Source: Cirrosporium novae-zelandiae
Taxonomy: Eukaryota
Reading direction: 5' to 3'
Length of the DNA: 64,000 bases
NCBI GenBank assembly: GCA_026023565.1
Contig: JAPETS010000035.1
Span: 186,001-250,000 of the forward strand
Program-made: the position numbers and the translations under genes
Shown: positions 25,883 through 37,280 of the stretch, piece by piece
Layout: each line of letters starts with the position of its first letter
Position numbering within the stretch: the stretch's first letter is position 1
The notes under the pieces: model-generated
Database searches by the model: none
What the model was told of the DNA's origin: nothing
Seen by the model: only the letters and a program-made list of their open reading frames with translations

Positions 25883-26954
25883 GGTGGAAGAGAAATGTCT
25901 TTTATCTTTTCTAACTCGATTGATTGATGGCCTCTTGAAAGGTAATTCACAAGATAAGGTCTTATTCCACGACCCAGCACGAATCTCCTGTTTGAGGGGT
26001 AAAATTCTAGCGACCCTTGTAAACTGGAGGAATGGTGGATTGATTACAAAGGACATGTAGTGACAGTTAATTGTTAATCAAGTGTTCATAATTTGGTCAC
26101 CCAACCATGTTTTATAGCATGGAGATTTACCCATGGCATGGATAATTAAAGAGTGGGGGTAGAATTAAGAAAGATATTGTCAAAATCTGATTAATTGATA
26201 TCATCAACGTGGGGTCAATCGGATATATCTCAACACTTTCTCGGCCGGTTAAACGAAAGCGGATCAACTTCCTCTTTAGACCTTTCTGTCACTTCTACTC
26301 AAGTGCGTTGCATAAGAGCTGGTATCATTAATTTGCGTTCGAGGTCAGGGAATGAATAATATCGTGATATCAAAATAGGGGATCTTTAGCTCAGAAAGTA
26401 AGCGCTATGCATCTCGCGGGCCGAAGCGCTGATGGATCGATTAACTACAGTACCTATCTAGGTATTTACTTTGATATCATAGAACATATGAATTTTCATA
26501 TTTGATATCCCTGGATGTCCCCCTCTTATTACTAGTCCTTATGAGAACAATAAAATGAATAATCATCACCCCTTATCTTGAACGGCTCGTTAACATAGAA
26601 AAATCACCCTGAGTCACTTCCTCATCAGGCACTGAGTCTGCCTGTCCACATTTCAAGAACTAGATCTCTGGCAAACGAGGAATCAGAGCATATGATCATA
26701 AGATGGGGTTTAAAAGGACACGGATCGCCCTCTCTGGCCTCCATTCTACATCAATCTCCAGGCTTCCTTCTTCTCCTTTAAGAATAACAGTACACAAGAA
26801 TTCCACCTGCTACCTTTTGCAGATCCACTTACCATCAATACCCAACCTGCTCCATAAACTCCGTGTTACAAATTATATTTTGGCACTGGATAGCTCTAGC
26901 ACTTAAGTGGGAGAGGACCAAGTCCCTAGTTAAAGTCCATGAAACATTTCCATC

Positions 26955-29345
26955 ATGGCTCGAGACGATTACAGAAACCAAAGAGCACAAGGAAGAGAGG
27001 ATAGAGATTCTAACTACGCCATGCATTCTTCAGTTGGAGATCCTCGAAGCAGTATAAGAGAGGACAGGGATCCAGAGTCTAGAGGAGCAAGGAGACAGAG
27101 AGAGATAGATCCACGCGATAGGAGAAGGCAGGAATATGGAGGAGACGATTCGAGAGGAACAGTTAGAAGACATGGAGAAGATGAGCGAAGGCCGAACCAA
27201 TCGTCATCTCAAAGGTCTCCTTCCCCAGTCCGTCGCCATTCCTCGGCAGGGCCAAGTCGTAGAGAGCCAGTGAGCGGACATGCTTATTTTAGCGATGACT
27301 ATGATAAAGACCCGGGCAAACCTTTAAGCACCACGAATACTGGTCCACCGCAACGACACATAACTGACTCCAGACGAATCGAGTCGTTTATGAAACCACA
27401 TGAGTCCTCCTCATCGACGGGACGACGCCACCATTATGACGACCCTTATCAGTATACATACCAGGTTCGGCATATGCCCGGACCAGAATACCATCAATCA
27501 CAGCAACATCACAGTAGCTATCGAGCAAGAGAGTCACTTCGAAACCCTTATGCCGCAGGCCCATCATCAGGATACCATCATCATTATCAGTCATCTGATT
27601 ACGAATATCCGGATACCCCTGAAGAACGAGAGTATCTAAGAAGACAAGAAATGAAAAATCAAAGAATGCTCGAGGCTGCAAAAAGAGAGAGCCTCCGTGC
27701 TACTGAAGGAGAGCAATACCACCGCGAAAAGGTAGAACGAAAAAACAAGGAGAGAGAGGAGACTTTACTTGAGGAGGCAATAAGACGGAGCACTATAACC
27801 GAAGAAAAAGATAAAAGGAATAGGGCTCAAAAGATTAAAGATGCTGAGCAGCCACTGCTCCAAAAAGCGGCGAGAGATAGTCGGAAGTCTGCAGAGGAGG
27901 ATGAGAGGAAGCGGAAGAGAGAACTAAGAGCGAATGAGGATGCCCAGATAAGGGATGCCATGGAACTTAGCAAGGAGAGCGCCCAAAAACAGGAGCAAAA
28001 CTACTGGCAGAAGAACTATGGAGTCAGTTCCGAAGGTCAGTATGATGAACTGATGACACGACAGAGGGCAGCAGAAGGGGGGACAGACACAGAAAGGCGA
28101 AATGAAGAGAGTCGCCAGTAGGTGAGCCAAGGTCTAGACCGCAAAGGATATTATGAGGCCTGACAGAGTGACAGTGGCCGTGGGCGGCTTCCCAATCGGG
28201 CTCGACCTTCCAGAGCTAATAACAGAGATGATGAACAAAGCATGGGAGCCCGATCTAGTGCAGGTTTTGATTATATAATTGGAAGTGATGTTGAGAGATA
28301 TTTGAATCGACGAGAAAGATCTCCAGAATCAGAGAATGAATTAAAATTGAGAAGACGAGACCAGTTGCCTCGCAGAAATAATACGTTTACATATCAAGTC
28401 TCAAGGTCTAGACAAACGAGTCAACGAGAGGAGAGAAGGAGGACCGCGACCATTATCACACCTGGTAGGATACCAGAAAGACACCAGTCTCCAGAACGAA
28501 GTCATAGCAGCGTGTATGCACCGACTCGCCCCAGAAGGAATGATCGCCAAGAATACCATAGACGTCATACCCCTCCAAGGGAAACTGTATCTAATAACAG
28601 AGATGATGGCATCGAAGACAGTCCGATGATACGAGAAGCCATGGCTAGAAGTTTACGCACACCGGTGCCTATAGCTAATGCGCAAAACAGCTCTGTCGAT
28701 GAAGACTTGCGAAGGGCTATGGAAGCAAGTCTTCAGCCCCAATCACACTCTGAAATAAACGATGCCAGTATGAGAGAGGCTATTCAAAATTCACTAGAGG
28801 ATTCCAATGGTGGGCAAGGCGTGCAAGAAGATGAAGAGGCAGGCACTCCTGATGATCCACCGCCGCTGTATGAAATTGCTGCAAAGGTGAAATTTGCACA
28901 TGCATATAAACAGGCGAAGAAATATCCAAAGGACCTGCGGTCTCTGCCTCCAGGGAGTTTTCCAAAGCAATGGCTTGAGTGCTTAGGGAAAGAGAAGCTG
29001 GATACACTTCAGGTGTTTGAGCAAGCAAATGGGGAATTAATTATGGAGTTGGAATTGAAGAGAAGTAGGGCAGATGCTCGTCCATCAGAGCTGCAAAATT
29101 CGGCATCCAACAAATGGAACCAGACTCGAATCAATCTGGACAAAATCAGCAAAGCTAACAGAGATAACGTTGGATTCAACCATCCTGGTCTAAGCTCCCG
29201 ATTCAACGCGATCAACCGCCCGGAAGAAGGGCCACAGCATCCCGGCAGGAATGAGAATCCGAATCAGGGCAAAGATAAGATTGTAGAGATGAATGATCTT
29301 CTCATGTCAAAGAGGAAGAAGAGGATGCATAGCCAGCGGTACTGA
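26955..29345 (+). CDS. Hypothetical charged, low-complexity protein (~777 aa) with several UIM-like motifs and a PPxY motif; exons 26955-28117, 28175-29345
   Basis: Two long ORFs join in frame across a 57-nt intron (GTAGGT at 28118, CTGAC branch point, CAG at 28174). The repeated motif is phi-x-x-A-x-x-x-S. Confidence 0.75.
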
Positions 29346-30178
29346 TGGGTGTGACCATCTCGGTTTTAAGAATGATGTCAGAGGGCGCCTCCACATCAAG
29401 AGGTACCACTCAATTGATGCTATGACAATATGGTGGTGTGAGTAGAGTGCTGTAGGCAAGAAACGGTTGGAAGTACTGTTTAGTACGGATATTTAGCTAG
29501 CGAGGGCATGGGTTTGGAGATGTGATTTCAGGCATTCTTTTCTGGCGATTTGTTTTCATGATGTTTGATATTAAGTTATAGGATATGTATTCAATAAAGG
29601 CAAATAACAACTATAAAAAGAATGGGCCATTTGTATCAGAAACAAGATACAAAGAGGGGATGAAGTGGTGAGGCAATTGAGGTTTCTCATTAACCGAAGT
29701 TGGACCAAATGACGACGACAACAATCCACTAAACCCACTTTGTGTGTGGGATCCATCGCACGCAATCATTTCTTCTGTGATGCCACAGATCTGGAGGAGA
29801 TATGAACATGGCCGTTGGATTCTTGGGGGCTAGACATGGCTTATGGCCTGAGATTCCTAATGTTCCTGTAAGCAAAGCCAAAGTAAAAAAAATAATTACC
29901 TAAATAAGGTAGAGTAAATACATCTAATTATATTTTTCGGAATGTTGTTTGGTTTAACAAAAATCTCTTCTCTGTGTGTTCATGTTATCACGAATTATCA
30001 CGCCTGTACCCTTTTTACCTCGGCTTGGAATCTTGAGTTTGGAAATATATTCCCTTTGTTAGCTTTGATTTTGAATTTCGTTCATCTATAAGCATTCCGT
30101 TCAAGAGCGAGGAGCTTGTTCAAGAACCCTCGTCGATTATCTCACGAAATCTTAGTTATTACTATAGGGACCCAAACA

Positions 30179-31906
30179 ATGCCTTCTTCTTCTTCTTCTT
30201 CTTCTTCTCCCAAGCAGCCAAACTTCCTCATCATCGTCGCCGACGATCTTGGATTCTCAGACACCGGTGCCTATGGCAGCGAGATCAAAACCCCAAATAT
30301 CGACAGTCTCTCCAAAGATGGAATAAGGTTCACAGATTTTCACACAGCACCAGCATGCTCGCCGACTAGATCCATGCTTCTTAGTGGAACCGATCATCAC
30401 ATCGCCGGCATTGGCGCCATGAGTGAGAGGCTCCAGGAGTTCCAGAGGGGGAAACCGGGCTACGAGGGCTACCTGAACGACCGCGTAGTCGCTCTCCCCG
30501 AACTCCTCCGCGATGCGGGCTATCACACCATGATGTCTGGAAAATGGCATCTTGGACTAACGAGACCGCATTGGCCCTGCGATAGAGGGTTCAAGCGCTC
30601 CTTCTCGCTCCTACCGGGAGCTGCAAACCACTACGGCTTTGAACCCCAGCTGGAGGATCCAGATACCCTACCCCCGATCATGGAAAAGACCCCAGTTTTC
30701 TACGTCGAGGACGACAAGCCCATCAAACCCGCAGACCTGGGCCCAGACTTTTATTCCAGCGACGCATTCGCCGACAAGATGCTCGAATATCTCAAGGAAC
30801 GCGACAACTCCCCCGAAGACTCCCAGAAGCCCTTTTTTGCCTACCTAGCCTTCTCAGCCCCCCACTGGCCCCTCCAAGCCCCCCGAAAGGACATTCAGGA
30901 CTACCAAGGCAAATACGCTGCTGGTCCTGACTCCCTCCGCGAGGCACGCATCGCAAAGCTCAAGGACCTCGGCCTCGTCCCAAACCACGTAACCCCGCAC
31001 GACGTCATCGCTATCGGCGACCGCCTCCTAACCCGGCCCTGGGAAACCCTCACCCCCGAAGACTGCGCCTTCTCCTCCCGAACCATGGAAATCTACGCCG
31101 GCATGGTGCAGCATATGGACACACAGATCGGCCGCGTCCTAGCCCACCTCCGCACAACCTCAGAACTTGACAACACCTTCGTGCTCTTCATGTCCGACAA
31201 CGGCGCCGAGGGTGTTTTGCTCGAAGCAATGCCCATCATAGGCACCGATAACGTATTTTCCCACATCGAAAAATACTACAACAACTCCCTCGAAAATCTC
31301 GGGAATAGGGATTCCTATATCTGGTATGGCCCCCGCTGGGCCTCGGCCGGTACGGCTCCGGCTAGGTTGTACAAGGGGTTTGCGGCCGAGGGGGGTATCA
31401 GGGTTCCGTTTATTTTGCGTTACCCGCCACTTACTAAGGCTCCCCTGTGGCCACCCGAGGCTATCGACCACTCGTTTGCAACGGTTATGGATATCATGCC
31501 CACAATTCTAGAACTTGCGGGTACAAAACATCCTGGCTCTTCTGTGTATCAGGGTAAGGAAGTCGTTTCCATGCGTGGCAAATCTTGGGTGCAGCACCTC
31601 CTCTTGTCCTACCCCACCAGTGTCCAAACTCCCATCCATGAAGAAGACCAGGTAACAGGTTGGGAACTAATGGGTCGAATGGCGGTCAGAAAGGGCAAAT
31701 GGAAAGCTCTTTTTATTCCAAGGCCTTATGGGCCGGAGAGGTGGCAGCTTTTTGACATGGAAAAGGATCCGGGGGAGACGAGGGATTGTAGTGGGAGTGA
31801 GAAGGGGAAATTGGCGGAGTTGCTGGGGGATTGGGGGGCGTATGTCAGGGAGGTTGGGCTTGTGGGGGGGGCGAGGGAGTACGGGGTTTTGAGGGTTGAG
31901 GAGTGA
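30179..31906 (+). CDS. Arylsulfatase (formylglycine-dependent type I, AtsA-like), intronless, no signal peptide
   Basis: PNFLIIVADDLGFSD, CSPTRSMLLSG (CxPxR formylglycine motif), GKWHLG, APHWPLQ, FMSDNG and GGIRVP. The first ATG is at 30179. Confidence 0.95.
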   Translation: MPSSSSSSSSPKQPNFLIIVADDLGFSDTGAYGSEIKTPNIDSLSKDGIRFTDFHTAPACSPTRSMLLSGTDHHIAGIGAMSERLQEFQRGKPGYEGYLNDRVVALPELLRDAGYHTMMSGKWHLGLTRPHWPCDRGFKRSFSLLPGAANHYGFEPQLEDPDTLPPIMEKTPVFYVEDDKPIKPADLGPDFYSSDAFADKMLEYLKERDNSPEDSQKPFFAYLAFSAPHWPLQAPRKDIQDYQGKYAAGPDSLREARIAKLKDLGLVPNHVTPHDVIAIGDRLLTRPWETLTPEDCAFSSRTMEIYAGMVQHMDTQIGRVLAHLRTTSELDNTFVLFMSDNGAEGVLLEAMPIIGTDNVFSHIEKYYNNSLENLGNRDSYIWYGPRWASAGTAPARLYKGFAAEGGIRVPFILRYPPLTKAPLWPPEAIDHSFATVMDIMPTILELAGTKHPGSSVYQGKEVVSMRGKSWVQHLLLSYPTSVQTPIHEEDQVTGWELMGRMAVRKGKWKALFIPRPYGPERWQLFDMEKDPGETRDCSGSEKGKLAELLGDWGAYVREVGLVGGAREYGVLRVEE

Positions 31907-31923
31907 GTGAGTATTTTTTGGGG

Positions 31924-32050
31924 GGTGGTTTTTTTTTTAGAAAAAAAAGAGAAAAGAGAAAAGGTGTTTTTTTTTTTAGAAAAAAAAGAGAAAAGAGAAA
32001 AGGTGTTTTTTTTTTTAGAAAAAAAAGAGAAAAGAGAAAAGGTGTTTTTT
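31924..32050. repeat. 39-bp tandem repeat, ~3 copies (GGTG-T11-AG-A8-GAGAAAAGAGAAAA)
   Basis: Units start at about 31924, 31963, 32002 and 32041 (partial), just after the sulfatase stop codon. Confidence 0.9.
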
Positions 32051-32514
32051 ATTGGGTGAACAAAGCTAAGTGGGTAGAAAGTGAGAAAAGAAGAATATCT
32101 CGTCAAAGGGAAGGTAGAGGTAGGGTCATTTGAGTTTTTCTAGAACGCGCCACTACATACATGCATGTATGTGAGATGAAACTATCAAGTCTCAACGAAG
32201 GTGTGAATCTCTGTAGACCTAACTATAGGCCTAACTTAAAATGCACGTAAACCATGACAAAAGGGCCATGAATAATAAAAGAAAAAAGAAGTATTTTCCT
32301 GTCCAATCGCTAGGTAGGTAGGGTGATTGGACCCAAGTCGAAGACCATAGCCAACGAAGCCCAAGGAGGGGGGGAGAGGGGCTCTCCATAAGCCAATAAT
32401 CCTGAACTTTTTCCGATGATGACAATGATATGATGCTGCAGGTAGGCATACAAGCATGCAAGCATCCATCCATCCATGCACCCATCCATCCATCCATGCA
32501 CCCATCCATCCCTT

Positions 32515-34799
32515 TCACCAACTCCACCACAACCTCTTTGGCGCGCCAGCCTTTCGATCTCCATACAACTCCACCCCACCTTTCTCTTCCCTCTCCTTTC
32601 TATACAACCGATTTAGGACTATATACTGTCCAATCGTGTACAGACATATCACGACGCCCGCACTATTCAGACACACGATGGTGGTCCAGCCCTTGCGGTA
32701 GTGTGGTGCGTCGCTTGCTTCGAAGATCTCGCCGCCAATTATCCCGGCGACGTTGGCGGCCATGATGAAGAGGGCCATGGTTATGGAGCGCTCGCCGGGG
32801 GTGCGGGCGTGCATGGAGAACCAGGAGCCATTTATGCCGTCTGTGGGTGGTGTTGTTTAGTGGGATGGTGGGATGATGGTGGGGGTGGAGGGAGAAGAAT
32901 GGGGGTTTACTTACGCCAGATGGAGGAGACGGAAATCGCACAGACGAGAAGAGCGTATTTTTTGATTTTGTCGTCGGTGTCTGTTACGAGCAGCACTCCG
33001 AGCTGGATTGTATGTGAGTGGTCTGGTGGTGATGATCGGAGGGGGCTTACTTACTGCAAATCCCCACCAGAGAACTATGCCTGATAAAGTGACTAAACCG
33101 CGTCGTCCGGTTTTGTCTCTGCAAGCACATTCGGTCAGCCTCTGACACAAATATCGATAGGTTGATGGTGTATACTTACGCAAGGATACCGCAAATCAAC
33201 GACGTTATCAGTTCAATCCATAATCCAACAGTGTTCATGGCTGTTGCCTTGAGCCTACCAAACCCAAAATCCTTGATCATGCTTGGAGCATATACCCAGA
33301 TGGCTGTAGTGGGCGCCAGAGTTGTTAGGATAATGCAAAGATGGGGATAGACTTTCCAATTGAGGAGCTAGTTGTAATCGAAATCAGCAGACGGCTCAAG
33401 AGGAAAAGGGATCAAAAACTCGATACTTACGCCGTTCTTGAGTTCCTCGCGAGTGATATGTCTCTTCCTGTGGTGCTTGGAAGGATCGTCGCGTAAGGTC
33501 CTCAATACCATAATCTGGCGTTCACGTTCGGTGAAATAGCTGATACCGAAAGCTGAAACAGGCCTTTCCGGACTTTTTGGCATCAAGATGTTATAGACGA
33601 CACCAACCAAGATTGTGTAGAGTCCCTCGATCTGGGTATATGTTATTATACAAGGTCTCGCAGATTGGCCTTATGACTTACGATAAAGAGCCATTGCCAT
33701 CCTGTAAGATTACTTATCCCTCTCATCCGAAGACTATCACTTTGTTAGTGACTGTTTTTAGAATACTAGGGGACATCCTTACACCCCAAAAGCTATGAGA
33801 CCTCCAAAAGCTTGAGCAAAGACATTGCAGAGGAAAAATATTGAGAATCTTTTGCTAGTCTCGGTTGTCTTGTACCACCTCGACAAGGTAAACAGAGCAG
33901 CAGGAATATACCCAGATTCACAAACCCTAAACAAACCCGTTAAAATTATAATTGCTTTTTTTTCGGGAATACTTACCCAAGAACGAATCTGGTTGCATAG
34001 TAGGCACTACGACCACGCTGAAAGGCTTGAAGCACTGCAACAAGACCCCTGAAACTATGTTAACCAACACGTGAGAATTTGCATGGAGAACGTGGAATCC
34101 TACCACGCGAAAACTTGTGCACCAATCCAATATGTAGCACCAATGCTGTACATCACGATGTTGCTTGGAATCTGTCAAAGAAAAATAAATTTAGCTTATA
34201 CTCTAACACGACAAAATGGCTTGTGCTTGATAGAGCATGAACGAGCAGAAAACAAACCTCAAGAATAAGCATTCCAGCATGGAACAGCTGCACCCCAGAA
34301 TTGAACTCGCGTTGAGTGATTCCGACATCCTGAGTGAAGTAGTCATTTAGTGCGTAGGAACTATTTTCTAGATGTCAGTGTCTTCATTACGAGAATTTCA
34401 GTAGGCCAGTCTTACATGTTAGCACGGTCAAATTGCAAGGCAAGCTGAGTGAACATGAGCAGAGGCATGACAATAAGATCAATCCTAAGATCAAAGTGAG
34501 CTCTCGAACAGGGAAAGACCGGGAGATTCATACTTGAGAAGCAGCTTTTTCTCTTCTTCTGGTTCCCAGGAGACCTCAATTTCGGGGTACGTGATGATAT
34601 CGGTGAATCCAGAGCCATCATGCGAACAAGTCTGTGAATTGATCTTCTCAGCGTGAGAGCTTTGAGAAATTTCAACACTGTCACTGATGGTGGTATTTAG
34701 CTCTTTCGTTTCGACATCAGATTCCCTATTATCATCACGAGTGGGAATAGTTGAGATTGGATCCATCGAGTAAATAGAATGACTGAATCTCGAAGACAT
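32515..34799 (-). CDS. MFS anion:cation symporter (Dal5/allantoate permease family, AstA/Soa1-like); many short exons, boundaries only partly resolved
   Basis: Exon fragments read RIDLIVMPLLMFTQLALQFDRAN, RFVLGLCESGYIPAALFTLSRWY, GWQWLFI/IEGLYTILVG, FTERERQI and ALFIMAANVAGIIGGEIFEASDAPHYRKG. Confidence 0.88.
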
Positions 34800-37280
34800 T
34801 TTGTCAATGTCCTCAGCAGGGGTAGAAATGATGGAAGACAAGTTAAGAAAGGAAGCCGGGAAGGGTTTTTGTCTTGAGGTGGAGGTCCAAGATGAGCTTG
34901 TTGCGAACCCACGCTAAGACAGAAACAAGCTGTTCACCAGGATTCCTTATAGCTCATTGCGGTGCAACCAGTTGAAGATGTTGAGGAACAAAAGGCTCCG
35001 ACCAGAGTACAGGAAGCCGTGTGACTTGTCTTCAGTGTCTTTAGATTCAGTTGTAAAATGACGAGCACAAAGAAATAACGCACACCAAGTCAACACTTGA
35101 AAAACATTTCCCCTGTGCCTAGGACGTCCAGAAAGGTGATGGTCAAGTGTTAGTACCAGATATTTGGAAAGCTGTCCATTTTGTTCTGAAAGCTCAAAGA
35201 TAATCAGCACCATGCTGCCTACACTATCATTTCTTCCATCATGTCTTCGGGTCTTCAATCCGGTCACCAATGGGTTTACCTATCTAGGATATAAATCCCT
35301 ATTCTTACATCCTTACATTTACAAGGTCACCGCATAATTTAAGAATAGGTAAAGCGCTTACTCACATCTTACAACGCTGACCGTTGTAGGAAACCGAGAA
35401 TTCGTGTAATATGTTCAACCTTAACGTTTCATACACTTGTGCTCCCGGGGAAAGCGAGATCTTCGAGCCAACCTGCTAACTTGTCCCTAGACCACCAATC
35501 TCAGTAGTAGTCATTCTTTGAAGGTTCCTTGACCAATTAGATATCATGAAAGAAAAAGAACATACCAGACCACCTCGGTACTTTCCGATTTCAACTTTCA
35601 TAGAAAAAGCTTCAACTATCCATCTAAAGTTAGAAACTAGTATCTATATTGTAGGACAATCGGAGAAATCAAAGTTCTTGGAAGGAGTTCGGGGGTCAAT
35701 GTCTTCTTCGAGGTCACACCTATTTCGTCACAAGATCCTTGATCCTCAGCAGTCAACAGCTCAATTACAAGCTGGACTATAGGGCTATAAAGGTGGCGCA
35801 GACAACTCCGGGCTAAGAAAGTCGGTTTCTTACTTGCAGGCTTCAATGCCGAGAAACCGTAAGCCAGGTTTCCTACAAACTGTACAACGTGGGAACTTGG
35901 GAACAGTCAAAGCTCTGCGAACACGTCAAGGGCCAAGTCCAATGCATTTTCATTGAAACTATATTTTCCCCATAGACATTCTTTAATAGATTTTAAGGGT
36001 TTCTTGCAACCATTACTATAACTCTTTCGTTGCGCACTGGCATCCCCGAGCCCGAATATGTCTTAAGGTTTTATGACAAGGTAGACACCCAGTGAATGGC
36101 CATCCTAACAATTAATCGAGATTAGGTTATGATCTTGTACTTGGTATAAAATATTTTGGGTATCTAGGACATATTAGTATTTTCTTTGATCACAAGCATT
36201 ACTCATGGGAGAGCTTAGCTAAAGTACCTAGGTATTTAAACGTAGTATATGCAATCACCTCCTATATATACTTCCAAGGGGAGGAGCACATTTAATAATT
36301 ATAAATTCTCGGAAATATGTATGAGGTATGTACAGTACCTCGGAAAAACTGTCGGAAGTTTCGTATGGCGAATATGAATCCCAAATGCCTAGTCTTAGAT
36401 CTTGTTCGCGCAGGCTAAGGATAAAAGGGTGAGATTTAACCGACAAATGAAACAAAAATCGGAATTTATCAATTACTGTCGGTTATCAGATGGTTAGGCA
36501 AGGATTACTTACACCTAAATACTTAGATAATTAGATATAGATGAGCGATTGAGTAATTGTAGTAATAGTATGACTGTTAAATAATACGACATGCCAGAGG
36601 AATTAATTAATAAAAAAGGTTCAGCGTGATGACATGAATCAAATGTTAACAAGCTGAGGTCAAAATTGAGTTGAGAGATGTCTGCCGACCTTGTCTTGTC
36701 CTTGTCTGTCGGTAGCTTACGGGCACTTGGGAATATCGTGGGGCTTTGTTCATTACAGCCTTATGACTTGTCAGACCCTAGAACATCTACCCAAAACCCA
36801 TCTCCATACCATTGTCATTGTTGCTCATCTTTTGATGTGGTCTGAATATGACGCTCAAACGGATCCTATCGAGCTTGGCCTCTATTCACTGAGCACCCCC
36901 CCCCCCCCGCCCAATTCTATTGTCTCAGACAGGTTCGCAATTGACTTTCATCTTCGGTTCCTTATTGACCTGGTGACCTAAAGCTGAGAGAGCGCAGCTA
37001 GAGCTAAATGTTCAATTACAGAACTATACATCAACTAAATTTCTTCTTTCACTCCCTTTACCTTTCTTCGGATGCCGTGCTTCCTCGAACAAACCGAAGC
37101 TTCTGTTTGCTCAGAATGATCTCTCGCCAACAACACCTACATTAATCGCACCCTACACCCCAACTCGAACTTCCGTTCTTCTTCAACGATCGAAACCAAC
37201 CCTTATTCTTACCCGATCAGCTTATTCAACGCTCATTTAACAAAGCATCATACTCGCTAGATGAAATCGCATTTATTGAA

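Noticed and set aside
31726..32133. ORFs with repeated KKNTFSLFSFFS; CRISPR-like periodicity
   Set aside because: This is a head-to-tail 39-bp tandem repeat with no unique spacers, in a eukaryotic context with no cas genes.
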